From an uncultured delta proteobacterium (GTDB lineage Bacteria; Myxococcota; B64-G9), in assembly GCA_963754925.1 (NCBI GenBank), contig CAVWHX010000007.1, positions 160,001 through 224,000 of the forward strand: 64,000 nucleotides of DNA, given 5' to 3'. Below, one piece after another: positions 54,425 to 63,344 of the stretch (position 1 is the first letter of the stretch; each line of letters opens with the position of its first letter). The notes below the pieces were generated by a model. It saw nothing but the letters and a program-made list of their open reading frames with translations. It was not told the origin of the DNA and made no database searches. The position numbers and the translations under genes were made by a program.

Positions 54425-54594
54425 GCATTGAAACTATGCCAGATAGTTCCGCCCGCATCACTCTTTCGCAATGAGAACTATTCAGTCCTCAAGCTCTTCT
54501 TTTCCAACATCCGGGATTGGGAGTTAATCAATTTACGCCTAACGTGGTTTTGTTGAACTATTTTTTATCTTGGATTGGGGTTGGCGAGGGACAG
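54354..54594 (+). mobile_element. MITE family 1, copy D
   Basis: CCTGTCATTCGCCAAAA...TTGGCGAGGGACAG. Confidence 0.8.
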
Positions 54595-54666
54595 CTACGA
54601 CTTTCTTTCTTAATGCGGCGTTGGATCCACATAGAAGACTTCAGACAGCGCTATGAAATACAGTTG

Positions 54667-55599
54667 TCACTTCGCTGCAAGAAAATCGGTCACGGCTTTT
54701 ATAGATTCATCAGGCTTTTCAAGATATACCATGTGACCACTGCCAGGAATAATTACGACCGTTGAATCACTGATTCCCTTCCCGAATAGGTATGCACTGC
54801 TTTTATCCAATATCCTGTCTTTATCACCCCAGATAATTAGAGTTCTTGCCTTTATTTTCTGGATCTTGTTTTCCAGAGCATTCATACAATATTTTATCAG
54901 TTCATCAAAAATCTTTTCATGAAAGCTGTAATTGTCTGCACCTATCGCTGCAATATACTTTTTAAAATGCAAGGGTATCTTCGGCGGAGCAAGAAAAGCT
55001 AAGGACAGCGCCCTGTCATACTGTTCAACATTTTTATAAATCAGCGGCTTCTCTCCTTTATTGACCATTGCTCTACAATCACTTACTATGGAGGTCTCCA
55101 TTCCCAAAGCGTCAATAAGAATCAGCCTGTTCACCGTATCAGGATACTCCCCTGCATAGTATGCAGCGATACCACCTCCCATTGAAAACCCAATGAGGTT
55201 AAAGCCCTTCAGACCGATTTTGTCTGCGAATTCCTTTACCCACATTGCCTGATTTGAAAGATTATACGTATCTGCTATGATAGGGGAGTTTTCACCGAAT
55301 CCCGGCAAATCAGGGATGATTACCCGATAATGCTTGGTAAGCGAAATCGGCAGATCACCCCAGAAATCTTTAAACAATCCAAAGCCGTGAAGCATAATTA
55401 CCGGATAGCCTTCCCCCCCCTCCAGGTATGTCCATGTATGATCTCCGACCGTGACCTTTTTAACTTCGACCCCGGCACGCCACCGGGCAACTTGATTGCC
55501 TGCACTTATTACAGCGCCGGGAAAGATAAAATAAATCCCGACGAGAAGCGCTATGATTACGCCGATGACAATAGTGATACTCATCAATATTTTTTTCAT
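54667..55599 (-). CDS. Alpha/beta hydrolase (lipase/esterase-like) with N-terminal TM
   Basis: LHGF, DLPGFG, GFSMGG, WG.KD, GH. Confidence 0.88.
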   Translation of the reverse strand: MKKILMSITIVIGVIIALLVGIYFIFPGAVISAGNQVARWRAGVEVKKVTVGDHTWTYLEGGEGYPVIMLHGFGLFKDFWGDLPISLTKHYRVIIPDLPGFGENSPIIADTYNLSNQAMWVKEFADKIGLKGFNLIGFSMGGGIAAYYAGEYPDTVNRLILIDALGMETSIVSDCRAMVNKGEKPLIYKNVEQYDRALSLAFLAPPKIPLHFKKYIAAIGADNYSFHEKIFDELIKYCMNALENKIQKIKARTLIIWGDKDRILDKSSAYLFGKGISDSTVVIIPGSGHMVYLEKPDESIKAVTDFLAAK

Positions 55600-55702
55600 A
55601 ATGATAACTCCTTCCGCAGAATGAATATTGGTTTACGATGGAACCGCTGTGATAGGTTCCAACATATCTTTTCTTTGCTTCTCAGCATCATTAGCTTTGT
55701 TT

Positions 55703-57397
55703 CTAAATTTTTTTCATCTCCTCGGCTCGGAGTTCTTTTCGTAATACTTTACCGACCGAGCTCTTTGGCAGTTGATCCCGAAATTCAATCGCAACGGGAA
55801 GCTTGTAGGTGGCAAGTTTCTGCTTGCAGTAATCCATCAGCTCGTCGACCGTGGCCGTCTGGCCCTTCCTCAACACCACAAAAACCTTGATTGACTCTCC
55901 GCGGGTTTTATGCGGAATGCCGATGGCGCACGCCTCTTCGACTTTCGGGTTCTCGTAGAACACCTCATCGATCTCGCGGGGATATACATTAAAGCCGCCG
56001 GAAATAATCATGTCCTTCAACCGGTCGACGATATAAAAATACCCTTCTTCATCCATTTTAGCGATGTCGCCGGTATGGAGCCATCCGCCTTTTAATGTCT
56101 GGGCCGTTTCTTGCGGCATGTTCCAGTACTCCCGCATCACCTGCGGCCCTCTGACTAACAACTCTCCGGATTCTCCAATAGGCATATCTTTGTCATACCC
56201 TTCAAGATCAACGATGCGGCATTCGGTATCCGGAATCGGAAGTCCAATGCTCCCCGGTTTTCTATTCCCCGCAATGGGGTTTGCGTGAGTACATGGGCTG
56301 GACTCGGTCATTCCAAATGCTTCGCATATTACCGATCCGGTCTTTGACTCCCACGCTTTGGTAACTTCGAGGGGCAGCGGTGCGGCGCCGGAACCACAAA
56401 CCTTGAGACTGCTCAAATCAATTTCTTTTATCCTTGGATGGTTGAGGATTCCAATAAACATCGTCGGCACCATTGAAGCGTAGGTCGGCTTGTCCTTGGT
56501 AATCGCTTCAACCAGCGGATCCGGCTGGGGCCGTGGAACAAGGATATCCTCACATCCCGTGAATATTGCAGAATTCATGACGCAGGAGAGACCCATTATA
56601 TGGAAAAACGGAGCCGCTCCAAGTATTTTCTCTTTACCTCTATTCTTGCTGAGTTCCGGTAACCACGAATTGAACTGCTGAACCTGCTTGCTTAAGTTCG
56701 CATGCGTAAGCACGACACCCTTTGATACTCCTGTGGTTCCTCCGGTGTATTGCAACTGTGCGATATCGTCGAAGGTAACTTTAACTTGCGGTGGTTTCGG
56801 CTGGTATTTGGTAACTACGTCTCTCCAATTGTAAACATCGTGTGCGGCTTTTACGTCGGCTGCTAATTTTTTCTTTTTTGCAACAAGGGGGAAGAGCACG
56901 CTTTTCGGAAATGGGAGATAGTCACCAATCGAGGTATAAATGATCTGCTTGATATGGGTCTTTGACCTGAGATCGATCATCCTATTAGCCAGAAGATCAA
57001 GGGTGATGAGAACCTTGGAATCGGAATTGTTGAATTGGTGTTCGAGTTCTTTGTCGGAATACATCGGGTTGTTCATTACCGCTACGCCACCTATTTTCAA
57101 AGTGGCATAATATGCCGCCACGCAGGGGATCACGTTTGGTAAGAGTATCGCAATCCGATCTCCTTTCTTGATGCCGAAATCGGTCAGGCAGGTCGCCATG
57201 CGATCCACCATGTCTTTGAGTTGGCGATAGGAAAGATGAAATCCTTGAAAAGAAAGCGCCGTGTTATTCGGAAATTCCTTTGCCGAGCGTTCAAGATACT
57301 CGGGCAAGCAGACATTCTCGTAGGTTATGCTTTTAGGAACCCCTTGGTCATAATGGTTAAGCCACAGTTTGTCTGCGTAGGTACTCGTATTCGACAT
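55703..57397 (-). CDS. fadD: Long-chain fatty-acid--CoA ligase
   Basis: QYTGGTTGVSKG, FGMTE, GPQVM.EYW, TGD, DRLKDMI, LPKS.VGKVLR. Confidence 0.9.
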   Translation of the reverse strand: MSNTSTYADKLWLNHYDQGVPKSITYENVCLPEYLERSAKEFPNNTALSFQGFHLSYRQLKDMVDRMATCLTDFGIKKGDRIAILLPNVIPCVAAYYATLKIGGVAVMNNPMYSDKELEHQFNNSDSKVLITLDLLANRMIDLRSKTHIKQIIYTSIGDYLPFPKSVLFPLVAKKKKLAADVKAAHDVYNWRDVVTKYQPKPPQVKVTFDDIAQLQYTGGTTGVSKGVVLTHANLSKQVQQFNSWLPELSKNRGKEKILGAAPFFHIMGLSCVMNSAIFTGCEDILVPRPQPDPLVEAITKDKPTYASMVPTMFIGILNHPRIKEIDLSSLKVCGSGAAPLPLEVTKAWESKTGSVICEAFGMTESSPCTHANPIAGNRKPGSIGLPIPDTECRIVDLEGYDKDMPIGESGELLVRGPQVMREYWNMPQETAQTLKGGWLHTGDIAKMDEEGYFYIVDRLKDMIISGGFNVYPREIDEVFYENPKVEEACAIGIPHKTRGESIKVFVVLRKGQTATVDELMDYCKQKLATYKLPVAIEFRDQLPKSSVGKVLRKELRAEEMKKI

Positions 57398-57705
57398 GGC
57401 GCCTCCTTAAGGAAATGTGCCTGAAACCACTGGGTTCCGCATAACAGGTGTCGTCACCTTCCGCGCAAATTGCTCACCAGGCTTTTGACGCCACAACCTC
57501 CCCGGTTCAGAGCATGGGTGTTAAAAAATCGACGAACGCTATCTCGTCATCTGAACCAGATGGAGACGAATGCCCCAGGCCTATACAATGATGGCTTTAC
57601 ACTGCTGGGATTAAAATCGGCCCTGCATTAGGATTTGTGAATTTGTATAGTATCAACCAGGTTCGGAGTCAAGCACAGAATTTCGTGTAGCCCTACATCA
57701 GCCAT

Positions 57706-57868
57706 AAATCTTGCCAGATAATTTCGCACGAACCGTTATGTTGCCATGACCTATTCAGTCCTCAATCTTATCTTTTCCAACATCCGGGATGGTGCGTTCG
57801 CCAGGTTACGTTTAGTCTGGTTCGGTTGACTTGTTTTTTCTCTTTGATCTGTTTTGGCGAAGGACAGG
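57706..57868 (+). mobile_element. MITE family 1, copy F (left ~75 bp missing)
   Basis: AAATCTTGCCAGATA...GCCATGACCTATTCAGTCCTCAATC...TTTTGGCGAAGGACAGG. Confidence 0.75.
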
Positions 57869-57896
57869 GTTGAATGGAACATCCCGGCAATATTCC

Positions 57897-58022
57897 AGGC
57901 TCAGATGAGAGAGGAAAGGCTAATCGGAAAATGCTTACATTTCAATATGGACGGGTTTTGGCGAACGACACCATCGGAAAATGCTTGTGTTTCAATATGG
58001 ACGAGTTTTTGCGAATGACAGG
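57897..58022 (-). mobile_element. MITE family 2 fragment ending in two tandem inverted copies of the IS left end
   Basis: TCGGAAAATGCTT...TTTCAATATGGACG.GTTTT.GCGAA.GACA at 57924-57970 and 57974-58020, reverse complement of ~1496-1542. Confidence 0.75.
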
Positions 58023-58029
58023 GGCTGGG

Positions 58030-58917
58030 CTAGATAAGTGAATCCTTGTCGTAGCCAATCCGCACAATCCCAATCTTCGCCGGATCTGCTGTTCCCAGGT
58101 GATGCCGCGTGTCCGCCAGCGCGATGTGTTTGGCTGGCGGCGCCAGCGGCCGCTCCTCGCCGAAGAACGCTCGGCGCTTGGCCTCGATGATGCGCAGGCC
58201 CACCGAATCGCACGCCACCGGGTCGATTCCTACAATGAGTCCCTGGTAGCCCCAGACATATTTCGGGTTGAAGCTATGCGGCCCCACGCCGTGGAATTGC
58301 GGTGTGAGCATCACCAGTACGTTCAACCGCGTCTTACCTTTTACGACGGGTAGACCCCAGACGCCGGCCAAATCGGCACAGGAATCGTCGTGCCAAGACG
58401 AAGGGGTTGGCGAGAACACGATGTAGTTCTTGATGAGCGAGCCCACACCGGCCCAATGGTGGGAGCGCATCGGCCGAGTGTTGATCAGCGCGGTAGCGTG
58501 TTGGAATACCGGGTTATTGAGCACTCCTCGGTCGTCAACGGCGACGTCCCCCGCCTTTACGCCGACGTCCAGCACGCGTTGCTTGAGAGCCAACTCCACG
58601 GCCTCGGGGGTCGGGAGATACTGCCACACATTGCTCTTGATACCAACCACGTCGCTTGCCTTCAGAAAGGTCTTCCAGCCATCAAGACCCTTCTTGCCAG
58701 TGAGCGCGGCTACTGCATCGTCGAGCATCTTCAACACGACGTCCGTCTTGGATTTGCCCTGCTCGTCGAGGACTGCCGCGTCGCGAATAAGTACGACCTT
58801 GGTCTTGGCGGGCGCAGCCCACTCGGCGAAGCCTCGCCATGGAAGCAGTGCGGCGCCGCCGAGCGCCGCGAGTGAAAGGCTGAACTGCCTGCGCGTCATC
58901 CCGTTCTTCCAGTTCAT
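58030..58917 (-). CDS. DUF362-like protein with Tat signal
   Basis: TRRQF twin-arginine leader; V.IKSN, ALIN.....SH..AG....IKN, DPVACD. Confidence 0.75.
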   Translation of the reverse strand: MNWKNGMTRRQFSLSLAALGGAALLPWRGFAEWAAPAKTKVVLIRDAAVLDEQGKSKTDVVLKMLDDAVAALTGKKGLDGWKTFLKASDVVGIKSNVWQYLPTPEAVELALKQRVLDVGVKAGDVAVDDRGVLNNPVFQHATALINTRPMRSHHWAGVGSLIKNYIVFSPTPSSWHDDSCADLAGVWGLPVVKGKTRLNVLVMLTPQFHGVGPHSFNPKYVWGYQGLIVGIDPVACDSVGLRIIEAKRRAFFGEERPLAPPAKHIALADTRHHLGTADPAKIGIVRIGYDKDSLI

Positions 58918-59885
58918 GGCACCTCCGAGAGCACCTGGTCCACGACGTGCTTGGACGAGGCATCGAGCGCGATGACGAGCCGCTTGCCACTCCTCTTCAG
59001 CCCAGCCCAGCGCTCGCCCTTACGAGCCAATGCCTGACCGCCCAACACGCTCGCAGTGAAGTCGCGCTGCGCCTTCCTGGCATCATCCTCGGTCGGGTAG
59101 TCAACCAGCATCAGAACGTGCCGCTCGCCCTGCCGTACATAGCGGGCCAGCGCGGCCTCCGTCCTCTGGCCGATCCCCAACGGATTCTCGTGGGAGATCA
59201 TGACGTAGTCGTTCTGCAGCAGGTGGTGGTGAAAGGTTCGGGCGCTGGCCCCGAGGAGCCCCGGCTTGGGCAGCGCGGCGAGGATGGCGGGTGGCGAGCC
59301 AGATCCAGGGATGAGCGTGGCGACCGCACGCCCCAGCTCGTAGACGGCCTTGCGCTTGGTCTCGGTCTCCGGGTAGCCCAGCACCGAGACAAACCAGCGG
59401 TCCTTCCAGAAGGTCAGCAGGCCGCCATTGTATTCCGAGCCCTGCCCGACCTCCGCAGCGATTGTCTCCCGCCCGTGGGCGAACGCGCCGAAGGCTCCTC
59501 GCGGGCTGCCCATGTCGAAGACATCGACCTTTATCTCGTCGCCCTCGCCCGCGCCATACTCTAACGTGACAGCGCCAACAAAGTCGAAGGCCAGATAGAG
59601 CTCAGCGCCTCCGTCAATGTAGTCGTAGAGCGTCTGGCGGTCGTAGCACACCGGCTTGGCTGGCTTCTTCCACTCGCCGACCTGTGCGGGCAACCTGGCG
59701 GAAAAGTCTGGATTCGCTTCAGCTGCGAAAGACAAGGTCCTAACCAGCATCAGTGACACCGTTGCGGTGATGGCCAGACAAACAGTCGTTGACTTGCCAA
59801 CGGCCTTTGAAAACGCGTTTCCAATCACCGGGAACCTTTCTCTTTCGAGAGCTGAATGCCACCTCGTGTCCGGCTCGCGCAACAT
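58914..59885 (-). CDS. Hypothetical exported protein (DUF6599-like)
   Basis: Y...TLYDYIDGGAELY motif; start uncertain. Confidence 0.6.
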   Translation of the reverse strand: MLREPDTRWHSALERERFPVIGNAFSKAVGKSTTVCLAITATVSLMLVRTLSFAAEANPDFSARLPAQVGEWKKPAKPVCYDRQTLYDYIDGGAELYLAFDFVGAVTLEYGAGEGDEIKVDVFDMGSPRGAFGAFAHGRETIAAEVGQGSEYNGGLLTFWKDRWFVSVLGYPETETKRKAVYELGRAVATLIPGSGSPPAILAALPKPGLLGASARTFHHHLLQNDYVMISHENPLGIGQRTEAALARYVRQGERHVLMLVDYPTEDDARKAQRDFTASVLGGQALARKGERWAGLKRSGKRLVIALDASSKHVVDQVLSEVP

Positions 59886-59928
59886 ATCATAGCGAGCTTA
59901 TCGCCCATCAACCCTGAACTCAAGTGTC

Positions 59929-60114
59929 CCTGTCGTTCGCCAAATCTCGCCGTTATTAAGAACAAATCATTTTTTCGTATCACTGCACTACCCTACTCCA
60001 TCTTGAAATCTTGCCAGATAATCTCTCTTGCACCGTTATATCGCCATGAGACCTGTCTAGTCCTCAATCTCATCTTTTCCAACATTCGGAATTGTGAATT
60101 AATCAATTTACGCT
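59929..60114 (+). mobile_element. MITE family 1, copy E (right end missing)
   Basis: CCTGTCGTTCGCCAAAT...TCGCCATGAGACC...AATCAATTTACGCT. Confidence 0.75.
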
Positions 60115-60655
60115 ACTAGGACCACTCAATCAATTTAAAGAAAGATGTTTGGGTACGAAGTTAACCTTTATTTTTGAATAAGCTCGATTATTACTCATAT
60201 AGATATGTTGTGCGATATCGGCAAATAGATCTGGTAGGCCATCCGTTCCCACCTCGAAAGTTACTCCACTGCTATTGACTTCACCCTTGACTTTGACTCA
60301 TTTTTGCTTACGAGCAACAAGCAAAACAATGACGAATCCGATTACCCCAATAACCAAAATTGCCAGCAACCCTAACCTATTGTAATTCATTACATCCCTC
60401 CTAAGATTTCAAGTTAGGTTGTCCCAACCTTATTCGGTTATGTGTCAATCATTGTCAAGAGTTATCAGGTAGCTAAGGCAAGGGGTTTCCCGGCTGCAGA
60501 ACAGGTAAATTCAGCTACATCTGAGAGGCCAACGAGAGCCGGATTTATCGGCGATTGTCTGCACGCTGTTGTTGTACCTTTTCATATGCTGCTTGCTACC
60601 CATATCACAAAACAAATGATCGACGGTAGCTGCCCTATAATCAAAGAGAATGCTA

Positions 60656-60850
60656 CTGCCATTCGCCATCGATAAAGCGACCGGCATTGTCAAGTACAGA
60701 TGTTCGTCGAAGCCACCAACTCTATCATCCGGGACCTGTCAATTTCGTAGAAATCTTCCTCAGCCAAGATGTTAGGCTGGGATGAGATAGCGAAGGCAAT
60801 CTGAAAATGCTTATATTTCGATATTGACAAGTTTTTTGACGAATGACAAG
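60656..60850 (-). mobile_element. MITE family 2 (~195 bp), copy a
   Basis: CTGCCATTCGCCATCGATAAAGCGACCGG...GAAAATGCTTATATTTC...GAATGACAAG; direct repeat of 62027-62220. Confidence 0.75.
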
Positions 60851-60888
60851 CCTTTCTGGAGTAGTGTCGGGGGGTCTGGAGCTCGACA

Positions 60889-62016
60889 ATGACTCGTCTC
60901 CCATCGATCGTTGGAGTATCGCTGCGTCTCGTGGCTGTTGCCGGACCGGCTTTGCTCGCTATTCTCACCGCGCTCTATGTCGGCCGTCCGTCCGAATTCT
61001 ATCTGGCGATTGGCGCCGCGCTGGCGGTGGCCATTCTGGCGTGTGACGGATGGATCATCGCGCGCCGCCACTGGATTACCGGGTGCGTCGCGCTGGTGAC
61101 CCAGATCGCATTCCTGATCTTCGTCGACGGGTATGCGGCCTCGCCTCTCCCGCCGCCAGCGCCTCTGGACGGACCGTTGCCGCAAGCATCGCCGCCCAAT
61201 GGAATGGCGATCTATGCGCTCCCGACGGGCGTGAATCACCGCACTGCCGCTTTCGCATACCGCGGAGGTTCACCTTGGGACAAACGCGACTCCGTATCGA
61301 CCGCCGTACTCGTGCGGCATCCGAAGGGCGACCTGCTGATCGACACGGGTCTTGGCAGAGGCATCGCGACCCAGATGAAAGAGTTTCCCCTCCTATTTCG
61401 ACTGGGAACGGATATGGTCAGGTTTCAGACGGCCGCCGACCAATTGGATGCCGCTGGGTACGATCGCGGGCAGTTGCGCTACATCCTTCTTACGCACGCG
61501 CACTGGGATCACGTCAGCGGTGTGCCGGACTTTCCGGGCGTGCCCGTGCTCGTGACGGCAGCGGAGCACCAATACATCGAAGAGGGAGGCTGGGCCACGG
61601 CCGATGCGAAGGGCATGAATGCAGACTTTCGTGAGTATGCGTTCGATAGCGGGCCCTACCTGGGCTTCCCTCGATCCCGCGATCTATACGGAGATGGCTC
61701 GATCGTGATTGTTCCTGCGCCCGGACACACGCCGGGATCAGTAGCGGTGTTCGTCACCTTGCCAGGTGGGGCCCGTTATGCCTTCGTTGGCGATCTGGTC
61801 TGGCAACTCGAGGGCCTCATTGATCGGGAAGAGCGCCCCTGGTTCGAGGCAAGGATTCTCGGCGAGAATCCCGCGTTGCTCCGGCAGTCCTTGCTAAGGA
61901 TGAGCGCGATCATGTCACGCTATCCGCAGGTCATCGTGGTACCTTCGCACGACCCGCGAGGATATGTGTCCATTCCCCGGTGGTCACGATCGGCGGCTGA
62001 CAAACCCGTTAGGTAA
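60889..62016 (+). CDS. MBL-fold hydrolase (AHL-lactonase-like) with N-terminal TM helices
   Basis: LLIDTG, THAHWDH, PGHTPG, GD, PSHD; higher GC than the flanks. Confidence 0.85.
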   Translation: MTRLPSIVGVSLRLVAVAGPALLAILTALYVGRPSEFYLAIGAALAVAILACDGWIIARRHWITGCVALVTQIAFLIFVDGYAASPLPPPAPLDGPLPQASPPNGMAIYALPTGVNHRTAAFAYRGGSPWDKRDSVSTAVLVRHPKGDLLIDTGLGRGIATQMKEFPLLFRLGTDMVRFQTAADQLDAAGYDRGQLRYILLTHAHWDHVSGVPDFPGVPVLVTAAEHQYIEEGGWATADAKGMNADFREYAFDSGPYLGFPRSRDLYGDGSIVIVPAPGHTPGSVAVFVTLPGGARYAFVGDLVWQLEGLIDREERPWFEARILGENPALLRQSLLRMSAIMSRYPQVIVVPSHDPRGYVSIPRWSRSAADKPVR

Positions 62017-62026
62017 CGCCCTGCCG

Positions 62027-62220
62027 CCTGTCGTTCGCCATCGATAAAGCGACCGGCGTTGTCAAGTACGGCATTTTCGTCGAAGCCGCCAACTCTCTTA
62101 TCCGGGACTTGTCAATTTCATAGAAATCTTCCTCAGCCAAGATGTTAGGCTGGGATGAGAGAGCGAGGGCAATCGGAAAATGCTTATATTTCAATAAGTA
62201 CGAGTTTTGGGAACCACAGG
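62027..62220 (-). mobile_element. MITE family 2, copy b
   Basis: CCTGTCGTTCGCCA...CGGAAAATGCTTATATTTCAATAAGTACGAGTTTTGGGAACCACAGG. Confidence 0.8.
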
Positions 62221-62430
62221 CCAGACCCTAATAATCGAATTCTATAGCATTTCCCTCGAACTGCTTCACCACTAAAATATCGGAATGGAAATGAGCGGGT
62301 CCCTCCCCACCTTTCGAGCTGCTATTGACGCGCTTTTGACGCAGCGGAAATGTTTTGAGGAGTAACATCCTATGTGTACCGTAAAGTAAAATCCCCAACC
62401 TTCAGGGAGGACGCCGCTTTTCTATTTTGC

Positions 62431-62584
62431 CGTCCATATTGAAATATAAGCATTTTCCAATTGCTTCTATTCTATCATTTCAGTATGAAATATTGCCAGA
62501 GTATTCCGTTCAACCCACCACGACGCCATAGCCTATTCAGTCTTCAAACTTATTCTGGTCGGATTTGTTTTCGCGAGAGTCAGG
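62431..62584 (+). mobile_element. MITE family 1, internally deleted copy G
   Basis: CGTCCATATTGAAATATAAGCATTTTCC identical to IS ~1513-1540, then GAAATATTGCCAGA...CCTATTCAGTC, then TTTTCGCGAGAGTCAGG. Confidence 0.7.
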
Positions 62585-63077
62585 TCACCAGAGATGAAAT
62601 TTGTAAAAAGAATTCGAGAATTGTTTCTACCAGAGAAAACGCCCGACTTCAGCGGCCTGCGCAATAGGTCCGCTGGACGGAGTGAACAGAGTGGCCCGCC
62701 TGGAGAATCTCAACATCGCGTAGGGACGTACCACCGAGTCATCGGTATGAATGGCGTGAGCCATGCAAAAGTTCATTATGGAATTAAGGGCTATTCCATT
62801 TTGGATAGTGCACCAAGATTCCCCTCAAAATATAAAGACATTTTTGAAAGATTACCTGGTACGCATTTTGCTGTTAGATTAAATGGGAGAATAAAGAATG
62901 GCAAAGAATAGAGAGAATCAGAACAACGCGCTTTCTAAATGAAGGAGGCTGGCTATGAAAGCCCTAAGAATTATTATCAGTGGATTAGTCGTTGGGTTGC
63001 TGTGACGTGCCCCCCGAAAACTGGACCATTTTCAATGAGAGTTCCTTCGGCTAGAATGCCGGAAAGGAGCTTGCTCA

Positions 63078-63344
63078 ATGAAAGGGAAACGGTTTTCTGA
63101 GGATAAGATCATCGGGATATTGAAAGAAGCCGAAGCGGGGGTGAAGCTGTCTGATCTGTGTCGTACGCATGGCTTCTGCGAACAAACGTACTACCGTTGG
63201 AAATCCAAGTACGGCGGGATGGACGTCAGCGAGGCGCGGCGGCTGAAGCAGCTTGAGGAAGAAAACCGAAGGCTGAAGCGTGCCGTGGCCGATCTCACTC
63301 TCGACAACCAGATCTTGAGGGATATCAACTCAAGAAAATGGTGA
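63078..63344 (+). CDS. IS3 OrfA
   Basis: MKGKRFSE..II.IL.E, TYYRWKSKYGG, LEEENRRLK. Confidence 0.92.
   Translation: MKGKRFSEDKIIGILKEAEAGVKLSDLCRTHGFCEQTYYRWKSKYGGMDVSEARRLKQLEEENRRLKRAVADLTLDNQILRDINSRKW

Noticed and set aside
57400..57700. Riboswitch in the long fadD leader
   Set aside because: No recognisable aptamer consensus by eye; needs an Rfam scan.
62385..62415. IS200/IS605-like end (AAATCCCCAACCTTCAGGGAGG)
   Set aside because: Short and imperfect, with no tnpA or tnpB nearby.
45422..62584. CRISPR array interpretation of the repeats
   Set aside because: Repeats are ~200-240 bp, divergent and separated by whole genes; no cas genes are present.
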